Below, one piece after another: positions 1 to 10,468 of a stretch of 64,000 nt of DNA. Source of the stretch: Planctomycetota bacterium (GTDB lineage: Bacteria > Planctomycetota > UBA1135 > UBA2386); NCBI GenBank assembly GCA_965228735.1, contig OZ245838.1, positions 4,320,001 to 4,384,000 on the forward strand, read 5' to 3'. The notes below the pieces were generated by a model. The model saw only the letters and a program-made list of their open reading frames with translations, was not told the DNA's origin and searched no databases. Position 1 is the stretch's first letter. Each line of letters starts with the position of its first letter. Position numbers and translations under genes: made by a program.

Positions 1-648
1 ATCGCCGAGGTCCCGACCGACGAACTGCTCGACACTGCGAGCGCGGCGTTGCGTGCGCTGATCGCGCACGAGGGCGGCGACGTCGAGATCGAGGCCCCGG
101 CCCGCGTCCGCCGCGTGCACACGCCGCCCGGTCGCATGTCGCGCGAACTGCGTGCGCGCGTGCGCGGCGGCAAGACCGGCCTCGGCACCGCCGTCGTCGA
201 CGTCGAAGTGCTCGTCGATGGCAAGCCGTTCAAGCGCGTGCCGCTGCAGTACCGCCTGCAGCGCTTCCGCATGCTGCTCAAGACCACCGGTGTGATCCGC
301 AAGGGCGAGCGCTTCGGCGCCCACAACGTCCAGCTGTCGCGTCAGCCGCAGATCCAGGCGACGGGGCTCTACCTCGACCGGCTCGATCTCGTCGACGGGA
401 TGATCGCGAGCCGCAACCTGCAGGCCGACTCGCGCCTGACACTCACCGACGCCGCGCCGCCTGCTGCGGTTCGCAAGGGCGAAGTCGTCACCGCGGTGCT
501 CACGAACGGCCGCGTGAAGATCACGACCAAAGCGGTGGCCAACGGCGACGCCCCGCTCGGCGGCCGCCTGGCCATGACCAACCTGCGCACGCGCCGCGTG
601 CTCACCGGGATCGTCGTCGCACCCGGCGTCGTCGTGATCCCCAACTGA
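1..648 (+). CDS. flgA: Flagellar P-ring formation chaperone FlgA (5' truncated by window edge)
   Basis: Frame open from base 1. SAF/ChapFlgA-like C-terminus (AVRKGEVVTAVLTNGRVKITTKAVANGDAPLGGRLAMTNLRTRRVLTGIV). Lies upstream of flgH/flgI. Confidence 0.85.
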   Translation: MAEVPTDELLDTASAALRALIAHEGGDVEIEAPARVRRVHTPPGRMSRELRARVRGGKTGLGTAVVDVEVLVDGKPFKRVPLQYRLQRFRMLLKTTGVIRKGERFGAHNVQLSRQPQIQATGLYLDRLDLVDGMIASRNLQADSRLTLTDAAPPAAVRKGEVVTAVLTNGRVKITTKAVANGDAPLGGRLAMTNLRTRRVLTGIVVAPGVVVIPN

Positions 649-679
649 GAACCGCGCCCCGAGACCACCCGGACAACCC

Positions 680-1297
680 ATGAAAAACCTCACCCTGACA
701 GCAGCCGTGGCCCTCATCGCGACGCTCCCCAGCCTCGTCGCGCAGAACCCCTACGTCCGCGCCGGCGCCGCGATCTCGGTCGCGACCGACCCGCGCGCCC
801 GGGCGATCGGCGACGTGCTGACCGTCACGATCCAGGAGCAGACCCAGGTGCGCAACGAGGAGCGCGTCGAACGGCGTCAGGACACCTCCCTCGCCGCCCG
901 CCTCGAGGCGTTCTCGCTCAGCGACAAGACGTTCAAGGGCAGCACGCTGCCACGCCTCGACGTGCGCAAGGAGTCGGACTTCAACGGCGAGGCGCTGCAG
1001 AACTCGGGCTCCGACGTCCGCGCGAACATCGCGGTCATCGTCGTCGACGTGCAACCGAACGGCAATCTGGTGATCGCGGGCGCCCGCGAGGTCACCGTCA
1101 ACGACGAGACCCGAACGCTGAAGATCAGCGGCATCGTGCGCGCGCTCGACGTCACCCCGGACAACACCGTCGGCAGCCAACTGGTCGCCGAAGCGCGGAT
1201 CGCGATCTGTGGCTCGGGTCCGAACACGCAGCAGGTCACCCGCGGCCCCGTCGGCCAGATGTTCGACACGCTCATGTGGGCCGTCTGGCCCTTCTAG
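680..1297 (+). CDS. flgH: Flagellar L-ring protein FlgH
   Basis: D.RARAIGDVLTVTIQE and VVDVQPNGNLVIAGAREVTVNDE..LKISGIVRALDV motifs. Confidence 0.92.
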   Translation: MKNLTLTAAVALIATLPSLVAQNPYVRAGAAISVATDPRARAIGDVLTVTIQEQTQVRNEERVERRQDTSLAARLEAFSLSDKTFKGSTLPRLDVRKESDFNGEALQNSGSDVRANIAVIVVDVQPNGNLVIAGAREVTVNDETRTLKISGIVRALDVTPDNTVGSQLVAEARIAICGSGPNTQQVTRGPVGQMFDTLMWAVWPF

Positions 1298-1330
1298 GCC
1301 CCGCTCGCCCCCAGAACCCGAGATCCACCG

Positions 1331-2584
1331 ATGCAACTCAGAACCGCCATGATCGCCCCGGCACTGACGGCCGTCCTGTCGTCGGCGCTCGTCGCCCAGG
1401 ACCCGCAGCCGCAGCCGCCGGGCAGCGAGCCGGCCCCGGCGACGACGGGCACGCCGTCGATCACGTCGCTCACTCCGCGCAACGCGCAGGGTGGCGGCAC
1501 GCAACCGATCGTGCTGAACGGCCTCGGCGAGACCGTGCTGTCGCCGCGCATCCGGACGATCACCGAACTGCACAACTCGATGCCGCACAAGCTGGTCGGC
1601 CTAGGGCTCGTGACCGGCCTCCCGAACACGGGCTCGAGTGACCGCGGCTCCCGCCAGGCGATCCTCAACCTGGTCCGCAAGAACGGCTACAACGTGACGA
1701 TCGCGGACGTCGTCGGCGGCACGACGACGCTCGTGACCCTGACGTGCGAGCTGCCGCCGTTCGCCAAGGAGGGTGAGCGCCTCGACATCAAGTGCGCGGT
1801 CATGACGGACGCGACCTCGCTGCGCGGCGGCGTGCTGCTGCGCGCCGAGCTCTTCGGCGTCGACGGCAAGTCCTACGTGGTCGCCGACGGCTCGATCCTG
1901 ACGCCGGGCTACGTGGCGCAGGGCCAGAACGCGCAGATCAAGAAGAACCCCGCGGCCACGGGCTGGATCCAGAGCGGCGGCCTCGTCATCCGGGAGGAGG
2001 GCTCGTCGTTCTACAGCGAATCCGGCGCGCTCGAGCTGCGCCTGCGCAACCCGAGCCCGTTCAACGCCGCGTCCGTCGCGCAGGGCATCGCCACGGCCCT
2101 CGACGGCACCGCCGCGGTCGTGTCGCCGGTCGACTCGGCGCTGGTCCGCATCGAGCTGCCTGACGAGCAGCGCACGAACGCCAACGCCATCCGCGTTCTC
2201 AACCTGATCGGCGACGTTCGCGTTCCGGTGCAGAACCCCGCGAAGGTCACGGTCGATCAGACGAGCGGCACCGTGCTCGCCGGCGAGGGCGTGCTCATCA
2301 GCCCGTGCGTCGTCGGCCTCAGCGAGCTCACCATCTCGATCGTGGAGGACGAGAACGTGGCTCAGCCCCTGCCGTTCTCGCAGGGCGAGACCGCGCGCAT
2401 CGGCGCGACGCGGGTCGAAGCCAGCGAGAACAACAAGGCACTCAAGAAGGTCGGCGGCGGCGCCACCGTCGCAGACCTGCTGCAGAACCTCGAGCGCATC
2501 GGCCTCACGCCGGCGCAGCTCGTCATCGTGTTCCAGGCGCTCGATCAGGGCGGCTTCTTGCACGCCGAGCTGGAGGTGCGCTGA
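1331..2584 (+). CDS. flgI: Flagellar P-ring protein FlgI
   Basis: LVGLGLVTGLPNTG, LPPFAKEG, DATSLRGGVLL and C-terminal GFLHAELEV motifs; signal peptide. Confidence 0.93.
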   Translation: MQLRTAMIAPALTAVLSSALVAQDPQPQPPGSEPAPATTGTPSITSLTPRNAQGGGTQPIVLNGLGETVLSPRIRTITELHNSMPHKLVGLGLVTGLPNTGSSDRGSRQAILNLVRKNGYNVTIADVVGGTTTLVTLTCELPPFAKEGERLDIKCAVMTDATSLRGGVLLRAELFGVDGKSYVVADGSILTPGYVAQGQNAQIKKNPAATGWIQSGGLVIREEGSSFYSESGALELRLRNPSPFNAASVAQGIATALDGTAAVVSPVDSALVRIELPDEQRTNANAIRVLNLIGDVRVPVQNPAKVTVDQTSGTVLAGEGVLISPCVVGLSELTISIVEDENVAQPLPFSQGETARIGATRVEASENNKALKKVGGGATVADLLQNLERIGLTPAQLVIVFQALDQGGFLHAELEVR

Positions 2585-3018
2585 TGCAGGCCACGCCAGC
2601 GATGACCTCCAGGGTCGGGCGCGAGGCCCTTGACGGCGGCAACGCCCGCGTCGGCACGCGTGAACACGCCGAACAGACCGCGAAGCAGTTCGAGGCGATG
2701 TTCATCCAGCAGCTCGTCAGCAGCCTGCGGGCCAGCTCTTCGATCAGCGAGGACGGCGGCCTGTTCGGCAACGGCACGGGCAGCGACACGTATGCAGGCT
2801 GGTTCGACCAGCACGTCACCGAGCACCTCGGTGCGCACCAATCGATCGGTGTGCAGGAGGTCGTCATCCAGGACATGGTCCGCCACGGCCAACTGGCCGA
2901 GGCGCCGAAGGCCGCTGCCGACCGCAAGCAACAGCTGGTCACCGCGCAGCGCGCCATGGACCGCAGTTCGTTCGCCGCCCTCTCGGCCATCAGGAGCTCT
3001 ATCGATGTCGCGCTCTGA
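2584..3018 (+). CDS. flgJ: Short FlgJ-like rod-binding protein (no muramidase domain)
   Basis: ATG overlaps flgI stop (TGATG). AKQFEAMFIQQLVSSLR...GLFG rod-binding motif. Confidence 0.75.
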   Translation: MQATPAMTSRVGREALDGGNARVGTREHAEQTAKQFEAMFIQQLVSSLRASSSISEDGGLFGNGTGSDTYAGWFDQHVTEHLGAHQSIGVQEVVIQDMVRHGQLAEAPKAAADRKQQLVTAQRAMDRSSFAALSAIRSSIDVAL

Positions 3019-3553
3019 CGCCTCACTGACCGAACTGGCGGCGACGCTCGAACGGTCGTTCCGCACCACCCACGGCCTCCTCGAGGAGCTCGTGGCCGGG
3101 CTGCGCGACCGCCGCTCGGCGTGGGTCTCGGCGCGGCCGGATACGATCGCCCCGTCCGCCGACCTCGAAGGCCTGGCGCAGCGCCTCGCGGCTGAAGACG
3201 AAGCACGCCGCGTGCTCGTCGAGGAGCTCGCGAGGTCGTTGCCGGGCCACCCTGGCGTCGCGGCAACGGCGACGCGCGTCAACGTCTCACGAATCGTGGC
3301 CGCACTGCCGGCCGCGGTCGGGGCGCGATTGCGGCAGGTTGCCGACGCAGCCACCAAACTCGCGTGCGAGGTTCGCACCGAGCTCGCGCTCGGGCGACGC
3401 CTGCTCGAGTTCTCGCAGCGCACGCACGACGGCCTGGTCACCGAACTCTCGGCCCAACCGCACTCGGGCGCGCCGCGCGGCTACGACCGCACGGCGACGG
3501 CCCGACCCGCTGCGGGGCCCGCGAGCGCGACCATCATCGACGGCAGGATGTAG
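3005..3553 (+). CDS. flgN: Flagellar export chaperone FlgN-like
   Basis: Helical 182-aa protein between flgJ and flgK, ending GYDRTA...TIIDGRM; called mainly from position. Confidence 0.6.
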   Translation: MSRSDASLTELAATLERSFRTTHGLLEELVAGLRDRRSAWVSARPDTIAPSADLEGLAQRLAAEDEARRVLVEELARSLPGHPGVAATATRVNVSRIVAALPAAVGARLRQVADAATKLACEVRTELALGRRLLEFSQRTHDGLVTELSAQPHSGAPRGYDRTATARPAAGPASATIIDGRM

Positions 3554-3570
3554 GGACAGGAGGAAGGACC

Positions 3571-5928
3571 ATGGGACTCGGCTTCGGTTTCGGCTCGGGC
3601 TTGCGTGCGCTCAGCGCAGCGCGCCTCGGCATGCAGGTCGCGGGCAACAACATCGCCAACGCCAACACGGTGGGCTACTCGCGTCAACGCGTCGAGCTCA
3701 GCGCCGCGTTGCCGTACCAGACCGGCCGCGGCTTCCAGATCGGCAGCGGCGTGGATGTCAGCGGCATCTTCGGCGTCGTCGACCAGGGTCTCGAACGGCG
3801 CATCCAGCTGCAGACCGGACTCGTCGGCGCCGCGCGCGTCGACCAGCTCCGCATGGCGGAGCTCGAGGGCATCCTCGGCGAGCCCGAAGGCCTGTCCGAG
3901 ACGCTGCAGGGCTTCTTCGGTTCGATCGGCGCGCTGCAGACCGACCCGGCCGATCGCGCGCTGCGCGGCGGCGTCATCCAGTCCGGGGCGCTCCTCAGCC
4001 AGGGCTTCCGGCTGATCTCCGATCGCGTCGGTGAGCTTCGGGGCAGCTCGTTCGACGAAGTCCGCGGTCACGTGCGCGAGGTCAACGAACACGCGGCTGC
4101 GATCGCCGAACTCAACAGTCAGATCATCGGCGTCGAGGCGAACGGCTCGGCCGCGAACGACCTGCGGGACGCGCGCCGTGAGCACGTGCGACAGATCAGC
4201 GTGCTGCTGGACACCCGCGCCATCGAACGCAGTTCGGGCTCCGTCGACGTGCTCGTCGGCGGCCACCTGCTCGTCGCCGGATCGCAGTCCACCCAGCTCG
4301 GCGTGGGCCGCGGCGCCGACGGACTGACGCGCGTCACCGCCGGCGAGAACGCCGCCACCGTGAACGTTCGCGAAGGGCGCATCGCCGCGCTGCTGCGCCA
4401 GGAGGCCACGGACCTGCCGGGCACGCTGAGCCGCATCGACGATCTCGCGCGCAGCACGATCCTCGAGTTCAACCGGCTGCACTCCACCGGCATGCCGCGC
4501 TCCGGCCCGTTCCAGTCGCTGCGTTCGGCCTACGGCGTGCTGGACGGCAACAACAACAACGTGTTCGGCGACGAGCTGTTGTCGCAGGCGGGCCTCGAGT
4601 TCGCGGTCCAGAACGGTGAGCTCTACGTCAACGTCAGCAACCTCGAGAGCGGCGGCATGGAGCGCACGCGAATCGCGATCGACCCGGCCTCGATGACGCT
4701 GCGGGACGTCGCGGACGAGCTGACTGCCATCGACCACATCAGCGCGAGCATCGACCCGACGGGCCGGCTCCGCATCAGCGCCGACAACGGCTACGGCTTC
4801 GATTTCTCGCCCCGCCTCGATCCCGACCCGGACGGGAACGGTACGTTCGGCGGCACGAACCCGTCGATCGGCGCGACCGGCGCGGGACCGTACGACATCT
4901 CGGGGCAGACGTTCCCCGTGACCTTCACCGTGACGACGGGCAGCGCCACGGCGCCGGTGAACACGACGGTCACGCTGCAGGCGACGGACTTCGCGAACTC
5001 GTCGACGGCGACCACCGCCGAGCTCATCGCCGCGATCAACGACGACCTCGGGACCGCGGGCACCGCGCAGGAGGTCGCCGGTCGGCTCGTGATCCAGGGT
5101 TCGCAGGGCGGCGACAGCTCGATCCTGCAGTTGACGAACGGCAGCGGCACCGTGCTCGGCGATCTCGGCCTGTCGACCGCCCAGACGACGGGTCGCGACC
5201 ACACGCTGCCGATCACGGTCGAGGGCACCTACACCGGCGCGGACAACGACCGCTTCACGTTCGTCCCCGCGGGCGACGGTCAGATCGGCCGCACCGCGGG
5301 CCTCAAGATCAACGTGTTCAACAGCGCCGGCGACCTCGTCACGGAGCTCGACGTCGGGCAGACCTACCAGCCCGGCGAAATGATCGAGGTCGCGGACGGC
5401 GTCCAGGTCTCGTTCGGCCCCGGCACGATCTCCGGCACCGCCGGCCAGGTCTTCGGGCTCGACGTGCTCAACGACAGCGATACGGCCGACCTGCTCGTCG
5501 GCATCGGGATGAACTCGTTCTTCCTCGGGTCTTCGGCGAACGACATCGAGGTCGATCCCGCGATCCTGTCGAACCCGGACCGGCTCGCGGCCGCACTCGG
5601 CACGGCCGACGGCGACGCGAGCAATCTCGAACGCTTCACCGCGATGCGCGACCGCGCGATCGGCTCGCTCGACGCGAACACGATCGAGGACTTCTACGCC
5701 GATCTGGTCGGTGACGTCGGATTCGAGACCGCCGGCGCGACGACCGCGCTGATCGCGGAGGAGGACCTGCTCGGCTACCTGCAGGCCGAACGCGAAGGCG
5801 TATCCGGCGTCAACATCGACGAGGAGATGGTCTCAATGGTGCAGTACCAGCAGTCCTACGAGGCGGCGGCGCGCTTCATTTCGGTGGCGCAGCAGATGCT
5901 CGACACCCTGATCAACCTCGGGAGGTGA
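3571..5928 (+). CDS. flgK: Flagellar hook-associated protein FlgK
   Basis: AGGAGG RBS at 3558-3563. N-term GNNIANANTVGYSRQRV; C-term SGVNIDEEMVSMVQYQQSYEAAARFI. Confidence 0.95.
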   Translation: MGLGFGFGSGLRALSAARLGMQVAGNNIANANTVGYSRQRVELSAALPYQTGRGFQIGSGVDVSGIFGVVDQGLERRIQLQTGLVGAARVDQLRMAELEGILGEPEGLSETLQGFFGSIGALQTDPADRALRGGVIQSGALLSQGFRLISDRVGELRGSSFDEVRGHVREVNEHAAAIAELNSQIIGVEANGSAANDLRDARREHVRQISVLLDTRAIERSSGSVDVLVGGHLLVAGSQSTQLGVGRGADGLTRVTAGENAATVNVREGRIAALLRQEATDLPGTLSRIDDLARSTILEFNRLHSTGMPRSGPFQSLRSAYGVLDGNNNNVFGDELLSQAGLEFAVQNGELYVNVSNLESGGMERTRIAIDPASMTLRDVADELTAIDHISASIDPTGRLRISADNGYGFDFSPRLDPDPDGNGTFGGTNPSIGATGAGPYDISGQTFPVTFTVTTGSATAPVNTTVTLQATDFANSSTATTAELIAAINDDLGTAGTAQEVAGRLVIQGSQGGDSSILQLTNGSGTVLGDLGLSTAQTTGRDHTLPITVEGTYTGADNDRFTFVPAGDGQIGRTAGLKINVFNSAGDLVTELDVGQTYQPGEMIEVADGVQVSFGPGTISGTAGQVFGLDVLNDSDTADLLVGIGMNSFFLGSSANDIEVDPAILSNPDRLAAALGTADGDASNLERFTAMRDRAIGSLDANTIEDFYADLVGDVGFETAGATTALIAEEDLLGYLQAEREGVSGVNIDEEMVSMVQYQQSYEAAARFISVAQQMLDTLINLGR

Positions 5929-5932
5929 CGCG

Positions 5933-7357
5933 ATGACGATCCGCATCACGCAAGGCATGCTCTACTCGCGCGCGTTGGCCGACGTCCAACGCGGCCTGCG
6001 GCGCTACTCGCAACTGCAACAACAGGTGGCGACCGGGCGACGCATCAACCGCCCGTCGGACGACCCGGCCGCCGCGCTGCGGATCCTGCCGCTGCGCAAC
6101 GAACTCCGCGAGCTCGACCAGCTCAAGGACAACGTCAACCTCGCACGCGAAACGCTCGACACGGGCGCCGCCGCGATGGAGGACGCGTCCGGGCTCATGC
6201 AACGACTGCGCGAACTCACGACGCAGGCGAGCAACGGCACTCTGAGCGTCGAAGACCGCGAGAGCATCGCGGCCGAGGTCGACCAGATGCTCGGTCAGCT
6301 CGTGAGCATCGGCAACAGCCGGCGTGGGGACCGCTACCTCTTCGGCGGCACTGCGAGCAGCTCGGCGCCGTTCGAGCTTCAGAACACTGCAAGCGGCTCG
6401 CGAGTCGTCTACCACGGCAACCACGACACTCTCGACATCGAGGTCGCGCCCGGCGTGACGACGAGCCTCAACCTGCCGGGCGACGGGGTCTTCCTCAGCC
6501 GCAATCGTGGCAGCACGGTGTTCTCGGCCCTGCCCGGCCAATTCCCGACCGGCGCGGCCTCGGCCGGCGGCGGCGACACCGGCGTGGGCTACGGCGAACT
6601 GCAGGTCACCTACACCGGCCTGCACACGAACGCGCCATCGACGGTCAGCGCCGGCAACGGCACGACGAACGCCATCGGTGACCTGTCGTTCGCATTCACG
6701 TCGGCGCCCGACACGCTGAGCGTCGGCGGCGGCCCCGCCCTCAACCTCCCGATCACGGACGGCGATTTCACGACGGGCGACGGGCGCCGCATCTCGCTGA
6801 CCGTCACCGGCGTGCCCGCGACGACGAGCGGCACCTTCACGGCGAAGGCCGGCCTGTCGACGGATGGCGGTCAGACCGTCCAGGAGGTCACGTCGTTCGC
6901 CGACGTCGCGACCGTGCGGCACTCGGAGACCGGCGAAGTGCTCAACGTGGACGTAACGGCCCTCGCCCGGACGGGCGCGGATCAGGTCAAGTACGAGGGC
7001 ACGTTCGACGCGTTCACGACGCTGATCTCGCTGCGCGATCTGTTGCGCAACGACGACGGGCTCGATCCGGAGCTCGCGCGCAGCCGCATCGCGGAGATGC
7101 TCGCGGAGGTCGACGGGTCGCACAACAGCGTGCTCGACGGCCTGCGCGAGCTCGGCTTCCGCTCGTCGAGCATGGACAACCTGAGCAACCGCGTCGAAGG
7201 CCTGTCGATCTCCCGCCAGGAGTCGCTGTCGCGCGTGCAGGACACCGACATCGCCGAGGCGATCGTCGAACTGCAGGCCCAGGACCTCGCGTACCAGGCC
7301 GCGCTGCAGGTCACCTCCCGCGTGATCCAGACCAGCCTGTCGGGGTTGCTCCGATGA
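5933..7357 (+). CDS. flgL: Flagellar hook-associated protein FlgL
   Basis: QVATGRRINRPSDDPAAA, RYLFGG, C-term DTDIAEAI...YQAALQ...SL; follows flgK. Confidence 0.93.
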   Translation: MTIRITQGMLYSRALADVQRGLRRYSQLQQQVATGRRINRPSDDPAAALRILPLRNELRELDQLKDNVNLARETLDTGAAAMEDASGLMQRLRELTTQASNGTLSVEDRESIAAEVDQMLGQLVSIGNSRRGDRYLFGGTASSSAPFELQNTASGSRVVYHGNHDTLDIEVAPGVTTSLNLPGDGVFLSRNRGSTVFSALPGQFPTGAASAGGGDTGVGYGELQVTYTGLHTNAPSTVSAGNGTTNAIGDLSFAFTSAPDTLSVGGGPALNLPITDGDFTTGDGRRISLTVTGVPATTSGTFTAKAGLSTDGGQTVQEVTSFADVATVRHSETGEVLNVDVTALARTGADQVKYEGTFDAFTTLISLRDLLRNDDGLDPELARSRIAEMLAEVDGSHNSVLDGLRELGFRSSSMDNLSNRVEGLSISRQESLSRVQDTDIAEAIVELQAQDLAYQAALQVTSRVIQTSLSGLLR

Positions 7358-7632
7358 GCATCGATCCGAATCAGACAAGCGCGCCGCGGATCGGCGCGAC
7401 CGGCGACCTCAACGCGCAGGCGGCCAATCCGGCCAACGCGACCGACTTCGCCGCGTTCCGCCGCCTGCTGGAGTCGTTCGAGCAGATCGCCGCGGCCCAT
7501 CGCGAATCCCCACCGGCAATCGTTGGCCCCGACGAGGTCAGCGACGCCCTCGCGCGCGCGGACGAGGAGTTCTCCCTCGCCATGGACCTGCGGCGGCGAC
7601 TCGAGGACGCGTTCCAGAAGCGGATGCCATGA
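7354..7632 (+). CDS. Hypothetical 92-aa protein coupled to flgL
   Basis: ATGA overlaps with both flgL and the next gene; host-like codon usage. Confidence 0.6.
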   Translation: MSIDPNQTSAPRIGATGDLNAQAANPANATDFAAFRRLLESFEQIAAAHRESPPAIVGPDEVSDALARADEEFSLAMDLRRRLEDAFQKRMP

Positions 7633-8531
7633 CGGCGGCGGCGACGCTCGGACCGGTGACGTGCCTCGGCCGCAGCGCGGTCCAGCGCTGGCTGCGGCAG
7701 CTCGACGAGTGGTTGCTCGAGGGCGCGCCGTACAGCGTGCACCACACCTGGCCCGCGCTGTATCGCAGCGACGGTCACGGCAAGTTCTTCACGTTGTTCG
7801 ACGGCGACGAACTCGTGAGTCACTGCGCAACCCGCGACGTCACGGTCCGGACCTCGACGGGCGAGGTCCGTATCACCCTGCTCGGCAGCGTCGCGACCGC
7901 GCCTGCGCATCGGGGCCGGGGGCTCGCTGGCCGCGTCCTCGAGAGCGCCCTCGCCGAGTCGCGCCAGACCGCCGGACACGTGGTGCTGTGGGCCGAGCGC
8001 CCCGAGCTGTACGCCCGCCACGGTTTCGTTCCCGGTCCCGAAGAGCACTGCCTCGTGCTCGCACGCCGACCGCATCAGCAGAACGCCGAGACCGCATTGC
8101 GGGTCCGGCCGGCCACCATCGCGGACCACCCGAGGATCCACGCGCTCCACGAGCAGAAGCCCGTCGGCGTCGTCCGTTCGCCGCACGAGACCTCGGGGCT
8201 CCTCACGACCCCCGGGATGACGACGATGGTCGGAGAACGGGCCGGCACGGTGACGAGCTACGCGTGCTGCGGCAAGGGCGCCGATCTCGAGAACCACTGG
8301 CACGAGGTCGGCGGCCCGGACGGGGACATCGCCGAGCTGCTGCACGGCGCCATGCACGCGTGCGACCAGATCGACACGGTGCTGCTGCTGCCGCCGTACC
8401 GCCCCGGTCTGCGCACCGCACTGGGCCCCACGATCGTGGGCGAATTCGGAATTTCAGGGCCGATGTCGTGCAGCCACGATCCCGGCGCCGAGCTGCCGGA
8501 CTGCTGGATCGACGGCCTCGATTCCGTCTAG
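7629..8531 (+). CDS. GNAT-family N-acetyltransferase (Eis-like, probably two GNAT folds)
   Basis: Acetyl-CoA motif LGSVATAPAHRGRGLAG and LYARHGF. Confidence 0.8.
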   Translation: MTAAATLGPVTCLGRSAVQRWLRQLDEWLLEGAPYSVHHTWPALYRSDGHGKFFTLFDGDELVSHCATRDVTVRTSTGEVRITLLGSVATAPAHRGRGLAGRVLESALAESRQTAGHVVLWAERPELYARHGFVPGPEEHCLVLARRPHQQNAETALRVRPATIADHPRIHALHEQKPVGVVRSPHETSGLLTTPGMTTMVGERAGTVTSYACCGKGADLENHWHEVGGPDGDIAELLHGAMHACDQIDTVLLLPPYRPGLRTALGPTIVGEFGISGPMSCSHDPGAELPDCWIDGLDSV

Positions 8532-8663
8532 GGCCAGAGCTATAGTCCTCGCCCCTCGAACGCGACGGCCACGGCCGGTATCGCGTTCCGAACCCGCGCC
8601 GATCGCCCACCGCACTCCCGCGGTGAGCCCCCGGCGCTCGCACTGCCACGCCCCCAATACGCC

Positions 8664-9416
8664 ATGGACATCGTAGTCTGCATCAAGCGGGTCCCTGCCT
8701 CGGACACGGCGATCAAGGTCGCCGCCGACGGTAAGTCGATCGACACTTCCGGAGTCAAGTACGAGCTCAACCCGTACGACGAGTTCGCCATCGAGCAGGG
8801 GCTCCGGATCAAGGAGCAGCTCGGCACCGGCACCGTGACCGTGGTCACGATCGGCAGCAAGGACGCGCAGAAGGAGCTGCGGGACGCGCTCGCGCGCGGC
8901 GCCGACAAGGCGGTGCTGCTGACGACGGATCAGTGGATGTTCGACGGCGCGAGCACCGCCGCCGCGCTCGCCGCGTGGATCAAGACGCAGTCGTGCGACC
9001 TCGTGCTCTGCGGTCGCCAGGCGATCGACTCGGACAACAACCAGCTCGCCCCCAACCTGGCGACCCGGCTCGGCTTCGCGTGCGTGACCGAGGTGAACAA
9101 GCTCGAGCTCGCCGACGGCGCGTTCACCGCCGAGCGCGACATCGAAGGCGCGCGCGAGGTCGTGACCTGCAAGACACCCGCGGTGCTCAGCTGCCAGAAG
9201 GGCCTCAACGAGCCGCGCTACCCCAACCTCAAGGGCATCATGGCGGCGAAGAAGAAGCCGCTCGAGGAAGCCGCGGCGGAGCTGCCGGATGCGGCACTCG
9301 AGGTCACCGCGATCGCGCTGCCGCCGGCGCGCAGCGGCGGCAAGATCGTCGGCGAGGGCGCGGATGCCGTGCCGGCGCTGATCGATGCACTGCAGAACGA
9401 GGCCAAGGTCCTCTAG
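8664..9416 (+). CDS. etfB: Electron transfer flavoprotein beta subunit
   Basis: MDIVVCIKRVP, NPYDEFAIE, GRQAIDSD, NEPRYPNLKGIMAAKKKP. Confidence 0.96.
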   Translation: MDIVVCIKRVPASDTAIKVAADGKSIDTSGVKYELNPYDEFAIEQGLRIKEQLGTGTVTVVTIGSKDAQKELRDALARGADKAVLLTTDQWMFDGASTAAALAAWIKTQSCDLVLCGRQAIDSDNNQLAPNLATRLGFACVTEVNKLELADGAFTAERDIEGAREVVTCKTPAVLSCQKGLNEPRYPNLKGIMAAKKKPLEEAAAELPDAALEVTAIALPPARSGGKIVGEGADAVPALIDALQNEAKVL

Positions 9417-9434
9417 AGCGCAGGAACTACGAAC

Positions 9435-10418
9435 ATGAGCAACATTCTGGTCATTGCGGAGGTGCGCGACGGCGCGCTGAAGCGTTCTTCGCTCGAAGCC
9501 GTCACCGCCGCGATCGAGCTCGCGGGTCAGACCGGGGGCAAGGCGATCGCGATCGCCTGCGGTTCGAACCTCGACGCGGCAGTCTCGGAACTGCAGAACT
9601 CGGGCGTCGCCCAGGTCGTCGCGATCGACGGCAGCAGTTTCGCGCAGTACTCGGGTGACGCCTACGCCAAGGCGATCGCCGAACAGGCCCAGGGGCTGTC
9701 CGCGACGGGCGTGCTGATGACGCACACGGCGATGGGCAAGGACCTGCTGCCCCGCGTCGCGGCCGCACTCGACGCGACCGTCGCCACGGATGCGATCAAG
9801 GTCACGTTCGAAGGCTCGGCGTTCTCGGTGCAGCGGCCCGTCTTCGCCGGCAAGGCGACGATGAGCGCAAAGGCCAAGAAGCCGACGTTCTGCGCGACGA
9901 TCCGACCCAACAACTACGCTGCCGCGGGCGGCGGCAGCGGCGCGGAAGTCACCAAGGTCGATGCACCGGCCGGCGATCTGCTGAGTGTCGTGAAGGAGGT
10001 CGTGGCGTCGAGCTCCGACCGCACCCCGCTGCAGGAAGCGAAGGTCATCATCTCGGGCGGCCGCGGCCTCAAGGAAGCCGAGCACTTCAAGCTCGTCGAA
10101 GACCTCGCGGCCGCGTTCGGCCCAGGGGTCGCGGCGGTCGGCGCCTCGCGCGCCGTCGTCGACGCGGGCTGGCGCCCGCACCGCGAACAGGTCGGCCAGA
10201 CCGGCAAGGTCGTGAGCCCGCCGCTCTACATCGCGATCGGCATCAGCGGCGCGATCCAGCACCTCGCGGGCATGCGCACCGCGGGCACGATCGTCGCAAT
10301 CAACAAGGACCCGGACGCGCCGATCTTCAAGGTCGCCGACTACGGCATCGTCGGCGATGCGTTCGAGATCGTGCCGGCGCTGACCTCGGCGATCGCCGAG
10401 GTCGTGGCGAGCAAGTAG
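9435..10418 (+). CDS. etfA: Electron transfer flavoprotein alpha subunit
   Basis: [45 protein letters not shown]. Confidence 0.97.
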   Translation: MSNILVIAEVRDGALKRSSLEAVTAAIELAGQTGGKAIAIACGSNLDAAVSELQNSGVAQVVAIDGSSFAQYSGDAYAKAIAEQAQGLSATGVLMTHTAMGKDLLPRVAAALDATVATDAIKVTFEGSAFSVQRPVFAGKATMSAKAKKPTFCATIRPNNYAAAGGGSGAEVTKVDAPAGDLLSVVKEVVASSSDRTPLQEAKVIISGGRGLKEAEHFKLVEDLAAAFGPGVAAVGASRAVVDAGWRPHREQVGQTGKVVSPPLYIAIGISGAIQHLAGMRTAGTIVAINKDPDAPIFKVADYGIVGDAFEIVPALTSAIAEVVASK

Positions 10419-10422
10419 CGAT

Positions 10423-10443
10423 CCGGCGGCGGAGCGCCGCCGG
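10423..10443. terminator. GC-rich hairpin between convergent genes, possible terminator
   Basis: CCGGCGGCG-GAG-CGCCGCCGG, a perfect 9-bp stem just after the etfA stop; no U-tract. Confidence 0.4.
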
Positions 10444-10468
10444 CTGCCTCCCGGCCGGCAGAGCGCCG

